NCBI GenBank assembly: GCA_019057795.1 | Contig: JAHLWS010000069.1 | Span: 32,001-96,000 of the forward strand | DNA length: 64,000 bases | Direction of reading: 5' to 3' | Source of the DNA: Promethearchaeota archaeon | GTDB taxonomy: Archaea; Asgardarchaeota; Lokiarchaeia; Sigyniarchaeales; SOKP01 | Part shown: in pieces, positions 20,840-29,813 of the stretch | Layout: each line of letters begins with the position of its first letter | How positions within the stretch are numbered: the stretch's first letter is position 1 | Program-made: the position numbers and the translations under genes | Notes under the pieces: generated by a model | What the model was told of the DNA's origin: nothing | Database searches by the model: none | What the model saw: the letters and a program-made list of their open reading frames with translations, nothing else

Positions 20840-21925
20840 ATGCCAATACTTGAAATAAATTTGAGAAAAATTAGACATAACGCAAAATTATTAAAGAATC
20901 TTTTAACTCAGCGAAATGTATCTATTATTGGAATTACAAAACTTGTCTTAGGAAACCCTACTATTGCAATGACGTTGGTTCAAGGAGGAATAGAGTATTT
21001 AGGAGATTCACGAATTAACAATATTATTAAAATGAAAAAAAATAATATTAGAGCTCAATTTGTTTTAATTCGTATTCCAAGCATTACTGAAATTCCTCTT
21101 GTTGTTAAATACGCAAATTATAGCCTAAATTCAGAATTAAAGACCATAAGAATGCTTTCAAATGAAGCCGTTAAACAAAAAAAGATACATAATATAATTC
21201 TAATGGTAGATATGGGAGATTTAAGAGAAGGAATAAATATATTCAATATTGAATTTTTTGTCGAAGAGATTTTAAAACTAAAAAATATAAATTTAAGTGG
21301 AATTGGTACAAATTTCAAATGTTTTGGTGGTATCATCCCGACAGATGAAAATATGAATGAATTTTCAAAATTAGTCTTTAGGATCAAGGATAAATTTGAA
21401 TTGGAATTAGAATTTGTTTCAGGAGGAAATTCTGCAAATTTTAACTGGTTTAAATCGTGTAAAAACATTGGTGAAATAAATAATTTTAGAATTGGGGAAG
21501 CCATGTTTCTAGGAAAAGAAACGATAAATTATGAACCAATTCCAAATCTATATACAGACGCTTTTAAGTTAATAACAGAGATTGTTGAGTTAAAACAAAG
21601 ATCTGTAATCCCCAAAGGGATTATTGTATCAAATGCATTTGGGGAACGTGTCCAAACTTACCATAAAAAAATTAACAACGGTAAAAAAAGCGATATAATT
21701 AGAACACAAGCACTTTTAAATATAGGTAGACAAGATATTGCAGTAAAAGGATTAAATCCGAAAGAAAGTATTAATATTCTTGGAGCTTCAAGCGACTACT
21801 TAGTTGTAGATATAAGAGATAATCAATTTCAGATTGGACAAAAATTGCATTTTGATTTAAATTATGAAGCTCTTTTAAGAGCAATGACTAGTCCCTATAT
21901 CCATAAGAAATTTATCGATATTTAA
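20840..21925 (+). CDS. PLP fold-type III amino-acid racemase, ornithine racemase (Orr)/YhfX-like
   Basis: GITK (PLP Lys), GDSR, SLNSE, MVDMGDLREG, GTNFKCFGG, SGGNS, RIGEA, GRQD and GASSD. Confidence 0.85.
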   Translation: MPILEINLRKIRHNAKLLKNLLTQRNVSIIGITKLVLGNPTIAMTLVQGGIEYLGDSRINNIIKMKKNNIRAQFVLIRIPSITEIPLVVKYANYSLNSELKTIRMLSNEAVKQKKIHNIILMVDMGDLREGINIFNIEFFVEEILKLKNINLSGIGTNFKCFGGIIPTDENMNEFSKLVFRIKDKFELELEFVSGGNSANFNWFKSCKNIGEINNFRIGEAMFLGKETINYEPIPNLYTDAFKLITEIVELKQRSVIPKGIIVSNAFGERVQTYHKKINNGKKSDIIRTQALLNIGRQDIAVKGLNPKESINILGASSDYLVVDIRDNQFQIGQKLHFDLNYEALLRAMTSPYIHKKFIDI

Positions 21926-21933
21926 ATTTACAT

Positions 21934-21999
21934 GGGTTTATGATTTTATTCTGAATGGTAACGAAACACATTTTAGAAGAAGAAAATGAAAATATGAAA
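21934..21999. repeat. Direct repeats A (21934..21950) and B (21980..21999), copy 2
   Basis: Exact matches to 19487..19503 and 19778..19797, in the same order and orientation. Confidence 0.8.
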
Positions 22000-22335
22000 T
22001 TTATTTTTATTACAGTAAGGATAATTTTTAGTTTATTAAAAAAAGTTCTAAAAAACATCTACATAATTGTAGAATTAAAATTTGCCTCTTAATCTATATA
22101 AATGACGCAAAATTTTAAATGTAATAATTGATATAATAAGATAGGAAGAATTTTGCATTGAAACTTAAAACGGTATTAATTATCTAAATATTAGAATATA
22201 TTTTTGTATCCAATAAATTAGGGATATAATTAGAGCAACTGGTTATTCACTGTTATTATTCTATCGAATTTTAATAATCACTACTCTGCAATCCAGTAAG
22301 TTTCTTTAATGCTTATTTCAAATATTGTTTGAAGG

Positions 22336-24090
22336 GTGTTTTATTCAATAATGATGACTAACTCTTATTTAGAGAAAAAAAAAAATAGAAGAATTTTAAC
22401 AGCATGTATAGGACAATGCGTGCATGTAGCAGGTACATATAATTTCATTCAAATTTCAAAACAGTTAGGTTATAATAATATATTTTTAGGACCTGCTACC
22501 CCTATTTCAATTGTTATCGATCAAATTAAAAAGTATGACCCTAACATTGTAGGGCTAAGTTATCGTTTAACGGCAGACACTGTTAGACCTTTACTAAATG
22601 AATTTTTTAAAAATTTTATAAAATTAGAGAAAAAACCAAAAAAATTATTTTTTGCTGGAACACCTGAAGTAGTTGAGATTGCAAGAAAATATGAAGGGTT
22701 CGATGAATATTTTGTTGGAGGGGAATCAAAATTTGAATTAATTTCTATCTTGAGAAATGAGAAAGTAAAATCAGAAAGTAAAACAGAAATCCCTATGGAC
22801 ATTATTTCTCGAATACAATGGAAGAAACCTTATCCTGTAATTAGAGCGCACTTTGGATTACCTAATTTCAATGAAACAATAGAAGGAATAAAAAAAATTG
22901 CTAAAGCTAAAGTCTTAGATGTTATTTCAATTGCGCCCGATCAAAATACGCAAGCAAATTATTTCCACCCTGAAAATCAAGATAAAGAATTATCTGGAGC
23001 GGGCGGGGTTCCTTTGCGCACTCAGCAAGATTTCGAAAAGCTCCATCAGGCAAGATTAACCGGAAACTATCCGATGTTAAGGGTATATGCTGGAACACGC
23101 GATTTCATTAAATTAGGAAAATTGTATCGAGATACAATTCAAAATGCTTGGGCAGCAATTCCTATTTTTTGGTTTAATCAAATGGATAGTAGGGGGCCTT
23201 TAACTTTAAAAGAATCGATTAAACAGCATCTAAACGCAATAAAGTGGCACGGAAAGCACAATATTCCCGTTGAAGTAAACGATCCACATCATTGGAGCCT
23301 TCGAGACGCTCCTGATGCTATAGCTGTTGCTGATATGTATTTATGTGGAATAATAGCCAAAAAATTAGGCGTCAAAAATTTTATAGCACAATATATGTTT
23401 AATACACCTCCATCAAGTTCACTTGATATGGACTTAGCAAAAATTCTCGCTAAAGATGAGTTACTTCAAACGCTAGCCAATGAGAACTTTACGATAATTA
23501 AGCAAGTTCGAACGGGAATAACAAGTTTCCCATTAGATTTGGATAAAGCAAAAGGACAGCTTGCTACAGCGACATTTGTTCAATTAGCTATTAGACCAGA
23601 CATTGTTCATGTAGTTAGTTCTTCTGAAGCTAGTCATGCAGCTCGTCCAGAAAATGTAATAGAAAGTTGTAAAATAGTGGATCAAGTCATAGATAAAGTT
23701 TATTCCTGTAAAATTAATATTATAGATAAAAAAATTGAGGAAAGGAAAGAAGAATTAATAAGACAAGCCAAATGGATAGTTAATTTAATACCTCATCTAA
23801 CAAAAAATGAAGAAGAAACGATAAGTCCATACACCAATTATGAAGTTTTAAGTCGACTCGTAAAATATGGTATATTTGATGCCCCACATTTAAAAAACAA
23901 TAAATTTGCGTTGGGTAAAATTAAAACAAAAGTAATTAACGGTGCTTGTTATTCGTGGAATGAATCTCAGCAAAAAATTTACGATGAAATTGAAAGAATA
24001 AAAGACATTATCTTTAATAGCCCATTTAAAAATTTTTCTGATTCATTACAACAAAAAGAAAAATCCATCACAAAGGTGATGGATGAATGA
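22336..24090 (+). CDS. Cobalamin-binding domain protein with a large C-terminal catalytic (probably TIM-barrel) domain; B12 enzyme of unknown function
   Basis: Base-off/His-on B12 domain: GQCVHVAG (DxHxxG variant), FLG, VGLSYRL and FAG. There is no radical-SAM CxxxCxxC. Likely start is ATG 22351. Confidence 0.8.
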   Translation: MFYSIMMTNSYLEKKKNRRILTACIGQCVHVAGTYNFIQISKQLGYNNIFLGPATPISIVIDQIKKYDPNIVGLSYRLTADTVRPLLNEFFKNFIKLEKKPKKLFFAGTPEVVEIARKYEGFDEYFVGGESKFELISILRNEKVKSESKTEIPMDIISRIQWKKPYPVIRAHFGLPNFNETIEGIKKIAKAKVLDVISIAPDQNTQANYFHPENQDKELSGAGGVPLRTQQDFEKLHQARLTGNYPMLRVYAGTRDFIKLGKLYRDTIQNAWAAIPIFWFNQMDSRGPLTLKESIKQHLNAIKWHGKHNIPVEVNDPHHWSLRDAPDAIAVADMYLCGIIAKKLGVKNFIAQYMFNTPPSSSLDMDLAKILAKDELLQTLANENFTIIKQVRTGITSFPLDLDKAKGQLATATFVQLAIRPDIVHVVSSSEASHAARPENVIESCKIVDQVIDKVYSCKINIIDKKIEERKEELIRQAKWIVNLIPHLTKNEEETISPYTNYEVLSRLVKYGIFDAPHLKNNKFALGKIKTKVINGACYSWNESQQKIYDEIERIKDIIFNSPFKNFSDSLQQKEKSITKVMDE

Positions 24091-25193
24091 GGTTCTGCGT
24101 TATTGGAGCAGGAAATGGTGGCCGAGCGTTTGCGGCATATTTATCATCAGAAGGATATCCTGTAAATCTATATAATCGCTCATATACCAGAATTTATGAC
24201 ATCAAAAAGAAAGGAGGAATAAAAGCAAAAGGGAAGTTAAAAGGCTTTTTCCCAATTGATCTGATTACACAAAATCTAAATTTGGCAGTTAAGAATGTAG
24301 ATGTTATTTTAATAGTAACTCCTGCTTCAGCACATAAAAGTATTGCAAAGAACATTGCACATTTTTTAACAAACGATCAGATAATATTGTTGAATCCAGG
24401 TAGAATTTTTGGAGCTGTAGAGTTTAGAAGTATAATAGAAAAGGAAAGAGGGAATCTCCCTATTTTTATTGCTGAAACCCAAACATTACTTTTTACATCA
24501 AGACAATTGAAAAAAAATGAAGTTCAAATTCTTACAATTAAGGATTCTGTTAGTTTTTCTGCTTTTCCAGAGAAGCATACGTTTTTCATTAGTGATACAT
24601 TGAGAGATGTTTTTCCCCAAATGAATCCTATTGATAATTATCTGCAAGTTACATTAAATAACATGGGGATGTTATTGCATCCAACTCTCTCATTATTGAA
24701 TGCTAGTGCTATGGATTATGGAAGAAAGTTCAATTTTTATGCACAAGGGGCATCTACACATACTTGTGAAATTCTTGAGGCTCTTCAAATGGAATTCAGA
24801 AAGATTTTTGAAAAGTTAAATTTAAAGCAAATAAATTTTTGTGAATGGGTGGAGAAATCTTATGGATTTAAAGCAAACAATATCTATAATGCTATTCAAA
24901 AAATAGAGGCATATAAAAATATTGTTGCTCCAAAAGAATTAATAACTAGATATTTCACTGAGGATGTTCCAACTGGACTTGTACCTATGGCGTCATTAGG
25001 AGAATTCTTAGAAATTTCTACACCAATAATTGATTCTATAATAAATTTATCTTCGATTTTATGTGGAATTGATTTTAGAAAAGAGGGAAGAAGCATTATG
25101 AACTTAAATTTAGCTAGCCATATAACTAAACAAATGAAAGGAGAAGATATGTTGGGAATACTAGAAAGTCAAAAAACACAAATCGATGCTTAA
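24087..25193 (+). CDS. NAD/NADP opine (octopine/nopaline) dehydrogenase family protein
   Basis: Rossmann motif VIGAGNGG, LNPGR, AETQTL, NMGMLLHP and RYFTEDVPTGLVP. It overlaps the B12 gene by ATGA. Confidence 0.9.
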   Translation: MRFCVIGAGNGGRAFAAYLSSEGYPVNLYNRSYTRIYDIKKKGGIKAKGKLKGFFPIDLITQNLNLAVKNVDVILIVTPASAHKSIAKNIAHFLTNDQIILLNPGRIFGAVEFRSIIEKERGNLPIFIAETQTLLFTSRQLKKNEVQILTIKDSVSFSAFPEKHTFFISDTLRDVFPQMNPIDNYLQVTLNNMGMLLHPTLSLLNASAMDYGRKFNFYAQGASTHTCEILEALQMEFRKIFEKLNLKQINFCEWVEKSYGFKANNIYNAIQKIEAYKNIVAPKELITRYFTEDVPTGLVPMASLGEFLEISTPIIDSIINLSSILCGIDFRKEGRSIMNLNLASHITKQMKGEDMLGILESQKTQIDA

Positions 25194-25274
25194 ATTGTTT
25201 TAATTTATGAAGATATTATTAAGCTTTAATTTCTTCTATATTAGGAGATTATATCTAAAATCTCTATTTTTTAA

Positions 25275-26630
25275 TTACTTAAACATTTCCATGAATGCAC
25301 CGAGCCTTGTCTTCATTTGTTCGATGTTCTCTCCAATTTTATTAAAAGTAATTGCAGTTGTTGGTATCTCAAGCTCGCGTCTTACTTTCTCTCTCAGCAT
25401 TGTATAACAATTTGAAATAGAATGACATCCAAACAATTGAAAAAATATAAGACCATCGGCATTTAATTTTTTTGCCACTCTCAAATATGAGTCAGTTAAC
25501 GTGTCGTTATCACACCCAATCCCTGATACTGTTGCATTTAAAAGAAATCGAGCGTATTCTTCAACAGGATTTAAATGATTAGCCACGGGAATTTCCTCTG
25601 AGAATTTTATTACTTCCCAGTCAGCATAAATCGCTCTCCCGCCTAGTTCATATATAATATCGTGGGTTTTTGGTTCCCATCCTCCGAATATTGGCGTTAC
25701 AAAAATACGCGGCATTTTAGACACATCCATTCCAATTCCCTTTCTTATTCTTTCCCGCATTTCGTCTACGAGTGAAATTAAATTATCCCTATATCGTATC
25801 GAATTAGAATTATAGTCTTGAAATGTAAGGCTTAATAACGCCAGAATTTCACTAAATGTTGCTGGATTACACGGATAAAAATCAGAAGCACTAATATCGT
25901 AGATTATTGTTTTATAAGATTTTTTTACTTGATTACTAATTTTAAAATGCTCTCTCAATTGATTATCCGTTATTGTGTTGCCAGTTAAATTCTCCAATTC
26001 TCTTATGGCGTTCGATACATTATCAGTTATAATTTCCAAAGCATTTCCAATATTTCTGGGAGGAATATCAACCCATATTTGCTTTGGGTCTTGATTGATT
26101 ATTTTTAAGGATTCCATATATTTATTATACGCGCTACATCGAATTGTAACGTTGAGACATGCGTCTAAATTACGACCTTTGGAAATATGCGCACCAACTA
26201 AACTTTTCAACCCGTAACAGAAGTCACTTGAAATTCCATTCTCAATTCCAAGATCATACATTTCGTTGTATTTTTTGTTAATCGTGTCAATTACATCCTC
26301 AATAATTCCGTCAACAATTTTACTGATTTCAGATATTCCAAGGTTCTTAACAAAACTTAAGAAGCTAGAAACATTTTTCCAGCCAAAAATACTAGACGCG
26401 GAGCCTAAGTACGCGAGGTATTTACTAATTTCAAAAGTGTGCATCCTTATCGGAAACACTGGTACAGCACCTGCCGCGAAAGCTAGATCTGAAAATGCTA
26501 AGGATACTCCAACTAGCTTTTTTTTCTCTCGGAACTTTTTCCTTTTTAGATACTCTCTGCCTGTTAAAAGATTATAAGCCATTTTTAATACAGAACTAAA
26601 AGTTATTATTTCCTCAGCAATTAAACTCAT
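25275..26630 (-). CDS. 2-hydroxyacyl-CoA dehydratase subunit (HgdA/B-like), paralogue 1
   Basis: Cys motifs DFCYG, IRCSA and DGLIFFQLFGCH; in an operon with a second subunit and an activase. Confidence 0.8.
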   Translation of the reverse strand: MSLIAEEIITFSSVLKMAYNLLTGREYLKRKKFREKKKLVGVSLAFSDLAFAAGAVPVFPIRMHTFEISKYLAYLGSASSIFGWKNVSSFLSFVKNLGISEISKIVDGIIEDVIDTINKKYNEMYDLGIENGISSDFCYGLKSLVGAHISKGRNLDACLNVTIRCSAYNKYMESLKIINQDPKQIWVDIPPRNIGNALEIITDNVSNAIRELENLTGNTITDNQLREHFKISNQVKKSYKTIIYDISASDFYPCNPATFSEILALLSLTFQDYNSNSIRYRDNLISLVDEMRERIRKGIGMDVSKMPRIFVTPIFGGWEPKTHDIIYELGGRAIYADWEVIKFSEEIPVANHLNPVEEYARFLLNATVSGIGCDNDTLTDSYLRVAKKLNADGLIFFQLFGCHSISNCYTMLREKVRRELEIPTTAITFNKIGENIEQMKTRLGAFMEMFK

Positions 26631-27766
26631 TTCATCATCTCCAAATACGCTTCTATTCTTGTTGAGAGCTGCCCTCGATTAGCTCGAGAATAGTCTCGCT
26701 CTAAATTCAATACTTGTATTCCTTTTTCTTGTAACTCATTTTTCAAGAAAGAAGACATTAACGATATGTGGTCGCAAAATTTAATAATATGATTGAAAAC
26801 GCCTAATTTTTTACCAGTTTTTTTTGTATAGTTCTTAGAATAATTATCAATCAAAGAAACTTTTTGTTGCAAGAAGTTAGGTACTGAATGGTCTCCACAC
26901 GTATTATTTTTAAATCTCAGCACCAATAAATCTAAAGGATTTTTGTTTGAATTTATCGAGTCATCATCTATAACTTGTGAATAATAGTGATTTCCAATCC
27001 ATGTATCGAAATAAACAATATTTCCCCCTCCTTCTTCGATTAAATCAATTAGGTTATCATTAATGAAGATAGAACATCCTGTAAATAAAATATCTTTAGA
27101 TAAACCAAGGTTTTGAGGTGGATTGTTTTTTACTTCTTCAATGTACTTTTCTAAATCAGGTAGGAATGTTGGACCATATAATATTGCTTTTTGAATTATA
27201 TTTAATTTTTCTGAGCCCAAAATCTCTAAATCATTAACTTGCGATATTTTTTTTTTAAAATCATTATACTTCTTAATACTCTCAAATAATTTTTCGTCAG
27301 AAATTTTTTTACCTATAATATCTTCAAGCTTCTCCTTTAAATTTTGTAGCTCTATCTTGAAATATTTTAAACTACTTTCATTAGTCATATATGGGACATA
27401 AAAATTTAAACGAGAGATATTGAAATATTTAGTTATTATTTCTGAAGCACAAATATCTGATACGCAGTGGTTTGAAACAATAAAATAATCCACCAAATCT
27501 AAAAATCTGTAGTTATTTGGTTTAGTAGAAAATAATCCAATACATGATTGAGCAAATGCACATGTAGATGGAGGTAAAAAATCGTGACTAGCTTCCATTA
27601 ACTCGTCATCCCCTCCAAACATCATCCTTAAAGGAAAGAAACCCGCTGCATCTATCAACTCTTCGGGGATATTGTCGTGAGCTAAAAAAGCAACGATTTT
27701 AACACCTTCTTGCTTTTTTTCTTTAAGAAATAACGAAAACTCTGGGAGAAGAATGGGATCGGTCAT
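26627..27766 (-). CDS. 2-hydroxyacyl-CoA dehydratase / benzoyl-CoA reductase-type subunit
   Basis: IPEELIDAAGFFP, STCAF, NHCVSD, KFCD, LERDY and GQLSTRIEAYLEM. Confidence 0.85.
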   Translation of the reverse strand: MTDPILLPEFSLFLKEKKQEGVKIVAFLAHDNIPEELIDAAGFFPLRMMFGGDDELMEASHDFLPPSTCAFAQSCIGLFSTKPNNYRFLDLVDYFIVSNHCVSDICASEIITKYFNISRLNFYVPYMTNESSLKYFKIELQNLKEKLEDIIGKKISDEKLFESIKKYNDFKKKISQVNDLEILGSEKLNIIQKAILYGPTFLPDLEKYIEEVKNNPPQNLGLSKDILFTGCSIFINDNLIDLIEEGGGNIVYFDTWIGNHYYSQVIDDDSINSNKNPLDLLVLRFKNNTCGDHSVPNFLQQKVSLIDNYSKNYTKKTGKKLGVFNHIIKFCDHISLMSSFLKNELQEKGIQVLNLERDYSRANRGQLSTRIEAYLEMMK

Positions 27767-27880
27767 AATATTAGCTTGAGTAGTATGAAATTATCTATCT
27801 GAAAAGACTTATTTCCTTAAAAAAGTTTCCCGATTTAAAATATAGATAAAAATATTAAAATTAGCTGAAATAAAATTAAT

Positions 27881-28660
27881 CTAATTAGAATTGTTTTCTT
27901 GAGCTATTAAAGCGGCACCAATAGCTCCCGTGAGTTGAGGAAATTCGGGTGTTTCGATGCCATATCCAAGTTCATCTTCTAAAAATTTTTTTACAGCAGG
28001 GTTTTTGGCGACTCCACCACAGAAAATAAGTTTAGGTCCTACTCCAATACGTTTTGCCATTCCGGCAACTCTTCTCGCAATTGATTTATGTATGCCGCTT
28101 GCGATCTCTTCTTTAGAAGCCCCTCTCGCGAATAAACTTATTACTTCGCTTTCTGCGAAAACTGTACATGTTGAACTTATTGAAGCCGATTTGTTAGATC
28201 GTAAAGCTAAATCTCCAAATTGATCAATAGGAACTTCCAACGCGTGAGCCATGACTTCCAAAAACCGGCCCGTTCCTGCTGCGCATTTGTCATTCATTTG
28301 AAAGTCAATAACATTTCCAGTTTTTGCAGACATTACAATTGCTTTACTATCTTGACCCCCAATATCTATTACGGAATTAGCATCTGGAAAGAAATATTGC
28401 ACCCCCCTAGCGTGAGCTGTAATTTCAGTCACTCGATCGTCTGCAAAGTCTACTGTATTTCTTCCGTAACCGGTGCTCATAATGTGTACATCTTCCTTCT
28501 TCAAACTGTGTTTATTTAATATTTCATTAAATAAATTATGACCAATTCTTTTGAAATCATATGTGGATCTTTCTGTTCGGTGATCAATTAACTTCCTATC
28601 GTTAATAAGCACTATCTTTGTTGCCAAAGAACCAATATCTATACCAATAAAATTCTTCAA
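27881..28660 (-). CDS. hgdC: CoA-substrate-specific enzyme activase (HgdC/BadF/BcrA-D family ASKHA ATPase, 4Fe-4S)
   Basis: GIDIGS, TGYGR, EITAHARG, DIGGQDSK, MNDKCAAGTGRFLE, STCTVFAESE and GGVAKN. Confidence 0.9.
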   Translation of the reverse strand: MKNFIGIDIGSLATKIVLINDRKLIDHRTERSTYDFKRIGHNLFNEILNKHSLKKEDVHIMSTGYGRNTVDFADDRVTEITAHARGVQYFFPDANSVIDIGGQDSKAIVMSAKTGNVIDFQMNDKCAAGTGRFLEVMAHALEVPIDQFGDLALRSNKSASISSTCTVFAESEVISLFARGASKEEIASGIHKSIARRVAGMAKRIGVGPKLIFCGGVAKNPAVKKFLEDELGYGIETPEFPQLTGAIGAALIAQENNSN

Positions 28661-28781
28661 TTTAAATCATTTAAAAATATAATTTTATATCTTAAAATTT
28701 TTTAAAAAATTTTAAATTTTCGATAAAACCAAATAATTACTTCCTTTATTCATTACAAATTTATTTTAGTTGAAGGCTAAA

Positions 28782-29651
28782 TTAAGTAGGAATTACTAAT
28801 TGTAGCAATAGAGAAACTAGTAATGTCGTAACACCCGCTGTAACTAAATGAATTGCGTACTTAGCATGTCCCCCGCCAGAGATTTTTCCTAAAAATATAC
28901 CTAAATAAATCAATATAGCTACCAAAACTCCATAAGAAACTAAAAAATGAAATATGGATAAAGTATCTCCAAAGAAAAACGGAATTAATGGAAGGATCGA
29001 TCCTAAAACAGGAGCGCCCCCGTCGACTAAAGACGCGACTATGGTGGCAAATTTTTCTGATCGTTCAATTATTGATTTATTATTTTTTCTTATTTTTTTC
29101 TTTGGTTTTCCCTTTAAAGAAAAAAATCTTTTGTTATTAGTATGATTTAAATTTATGGGAGTTACCATTGCTTTTTGAATCTCTTGTTCTTCTAAAATTT
29201 CTTTCTCATCATTACTTAAGCCTTTTTTCTCTCTATTATTCGGTTTTTCTTCCTTTTCTTCTTCAAAAATTACCATCTCTTTTTTTAGATCAATCATTTT
29301 TTTCTTTCTTTCGGCTTCTTCAGAGAGAAAGGCGCCCCATAAGCCACTAATACCAATTGCTAAAGCAGTGGAAAAACCAGTTATTATAATGATAGTTGAA
29401 CTTAAAGTTTGAGCTGTATTTAAAAGAAAATTTGGAAGAAATATGATGAAACTTCCGCTAACTATTCCCGCACAAGTTAAGGCTCCGTCAAAGGCGTTAT
29501 TAAAAAATTTACGGCGAACTATTATGCCTAAATTAGACAGTTCAGAATATTTACGCCATTTCTTGGTTAAATCTTTTAAACCCATTTTATTTAAAAAAAC
29601 CCCATTTTTCGCATTTTGTACATACAATAAATCTCTTATCTTTAATAACAC
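28782..29651 (-). CDS. VIT1/CCC1-like membrane protein with a charged cytoplasmic insert
   Basis: RRKFFNNAFDGALT, SGLWGAFLSEEAER and PLIPFF with hydrophobic helices. The true start is probably the internal MGLK (about 29585). Confidence 0.7.
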   Translation of the reverse strand: MLLKIRDLLYVQNAKNGVFLNKMGLKDLTKKWRKYSELSNLGIIVRRKFFNNAFDGALTCAGIVSGSFIIFLPNFLLNTAQTLSSTIIIITGFSTALAIGISGLWGAFLSEEAERKKKMIDLKKEMVIFEEEKEEKPNNREKKGLSNDEKEILEEQEIQKAMVTPINLNHTNNKRFFSLKGKPKKKIRKNNKSIIERSEKFATIVASLVDGGAPVLGSILPLIPFFFGDTLSIFHFLVSYGVLVAILIYLGIFLGKISGGGHAKYAIHLVTAGVTTLLVSLLLQLVIPT

Positions 29652-29813
29652 ATACTTATATTTTAAATTTAAGGGGGAATCTATTATAATCTTTGTAATT
29701 ATTTGATGCTGTTAATCTTTTTGAATTAAATTTCAGTAAAAACTGATGATTTTTATTTATTTAATCATATAATATTCATAGAATATTAAAAATTATGGAA
29801 TTGAATACTAATT

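Noticed and set aside
5172-21925. Peptidoglycan synthesis suggested by glmS/glmM/glmU plus a Ddl-like ligase and a racemase
   Set aside because: There are no Mur ligases, MraY, MurG or PBPs in the window. The ligase lacks Ddl-specific motifs and the racemase is Orr-like, not Alr.
22000-22335. Canonical cobalamin or lysine riboswitch
   Set aside because: Only fragments of the consensus are present (no clear B12 box or AGAGG..GC...GCCGAA core). Kept only as an unassigned structure candidate.
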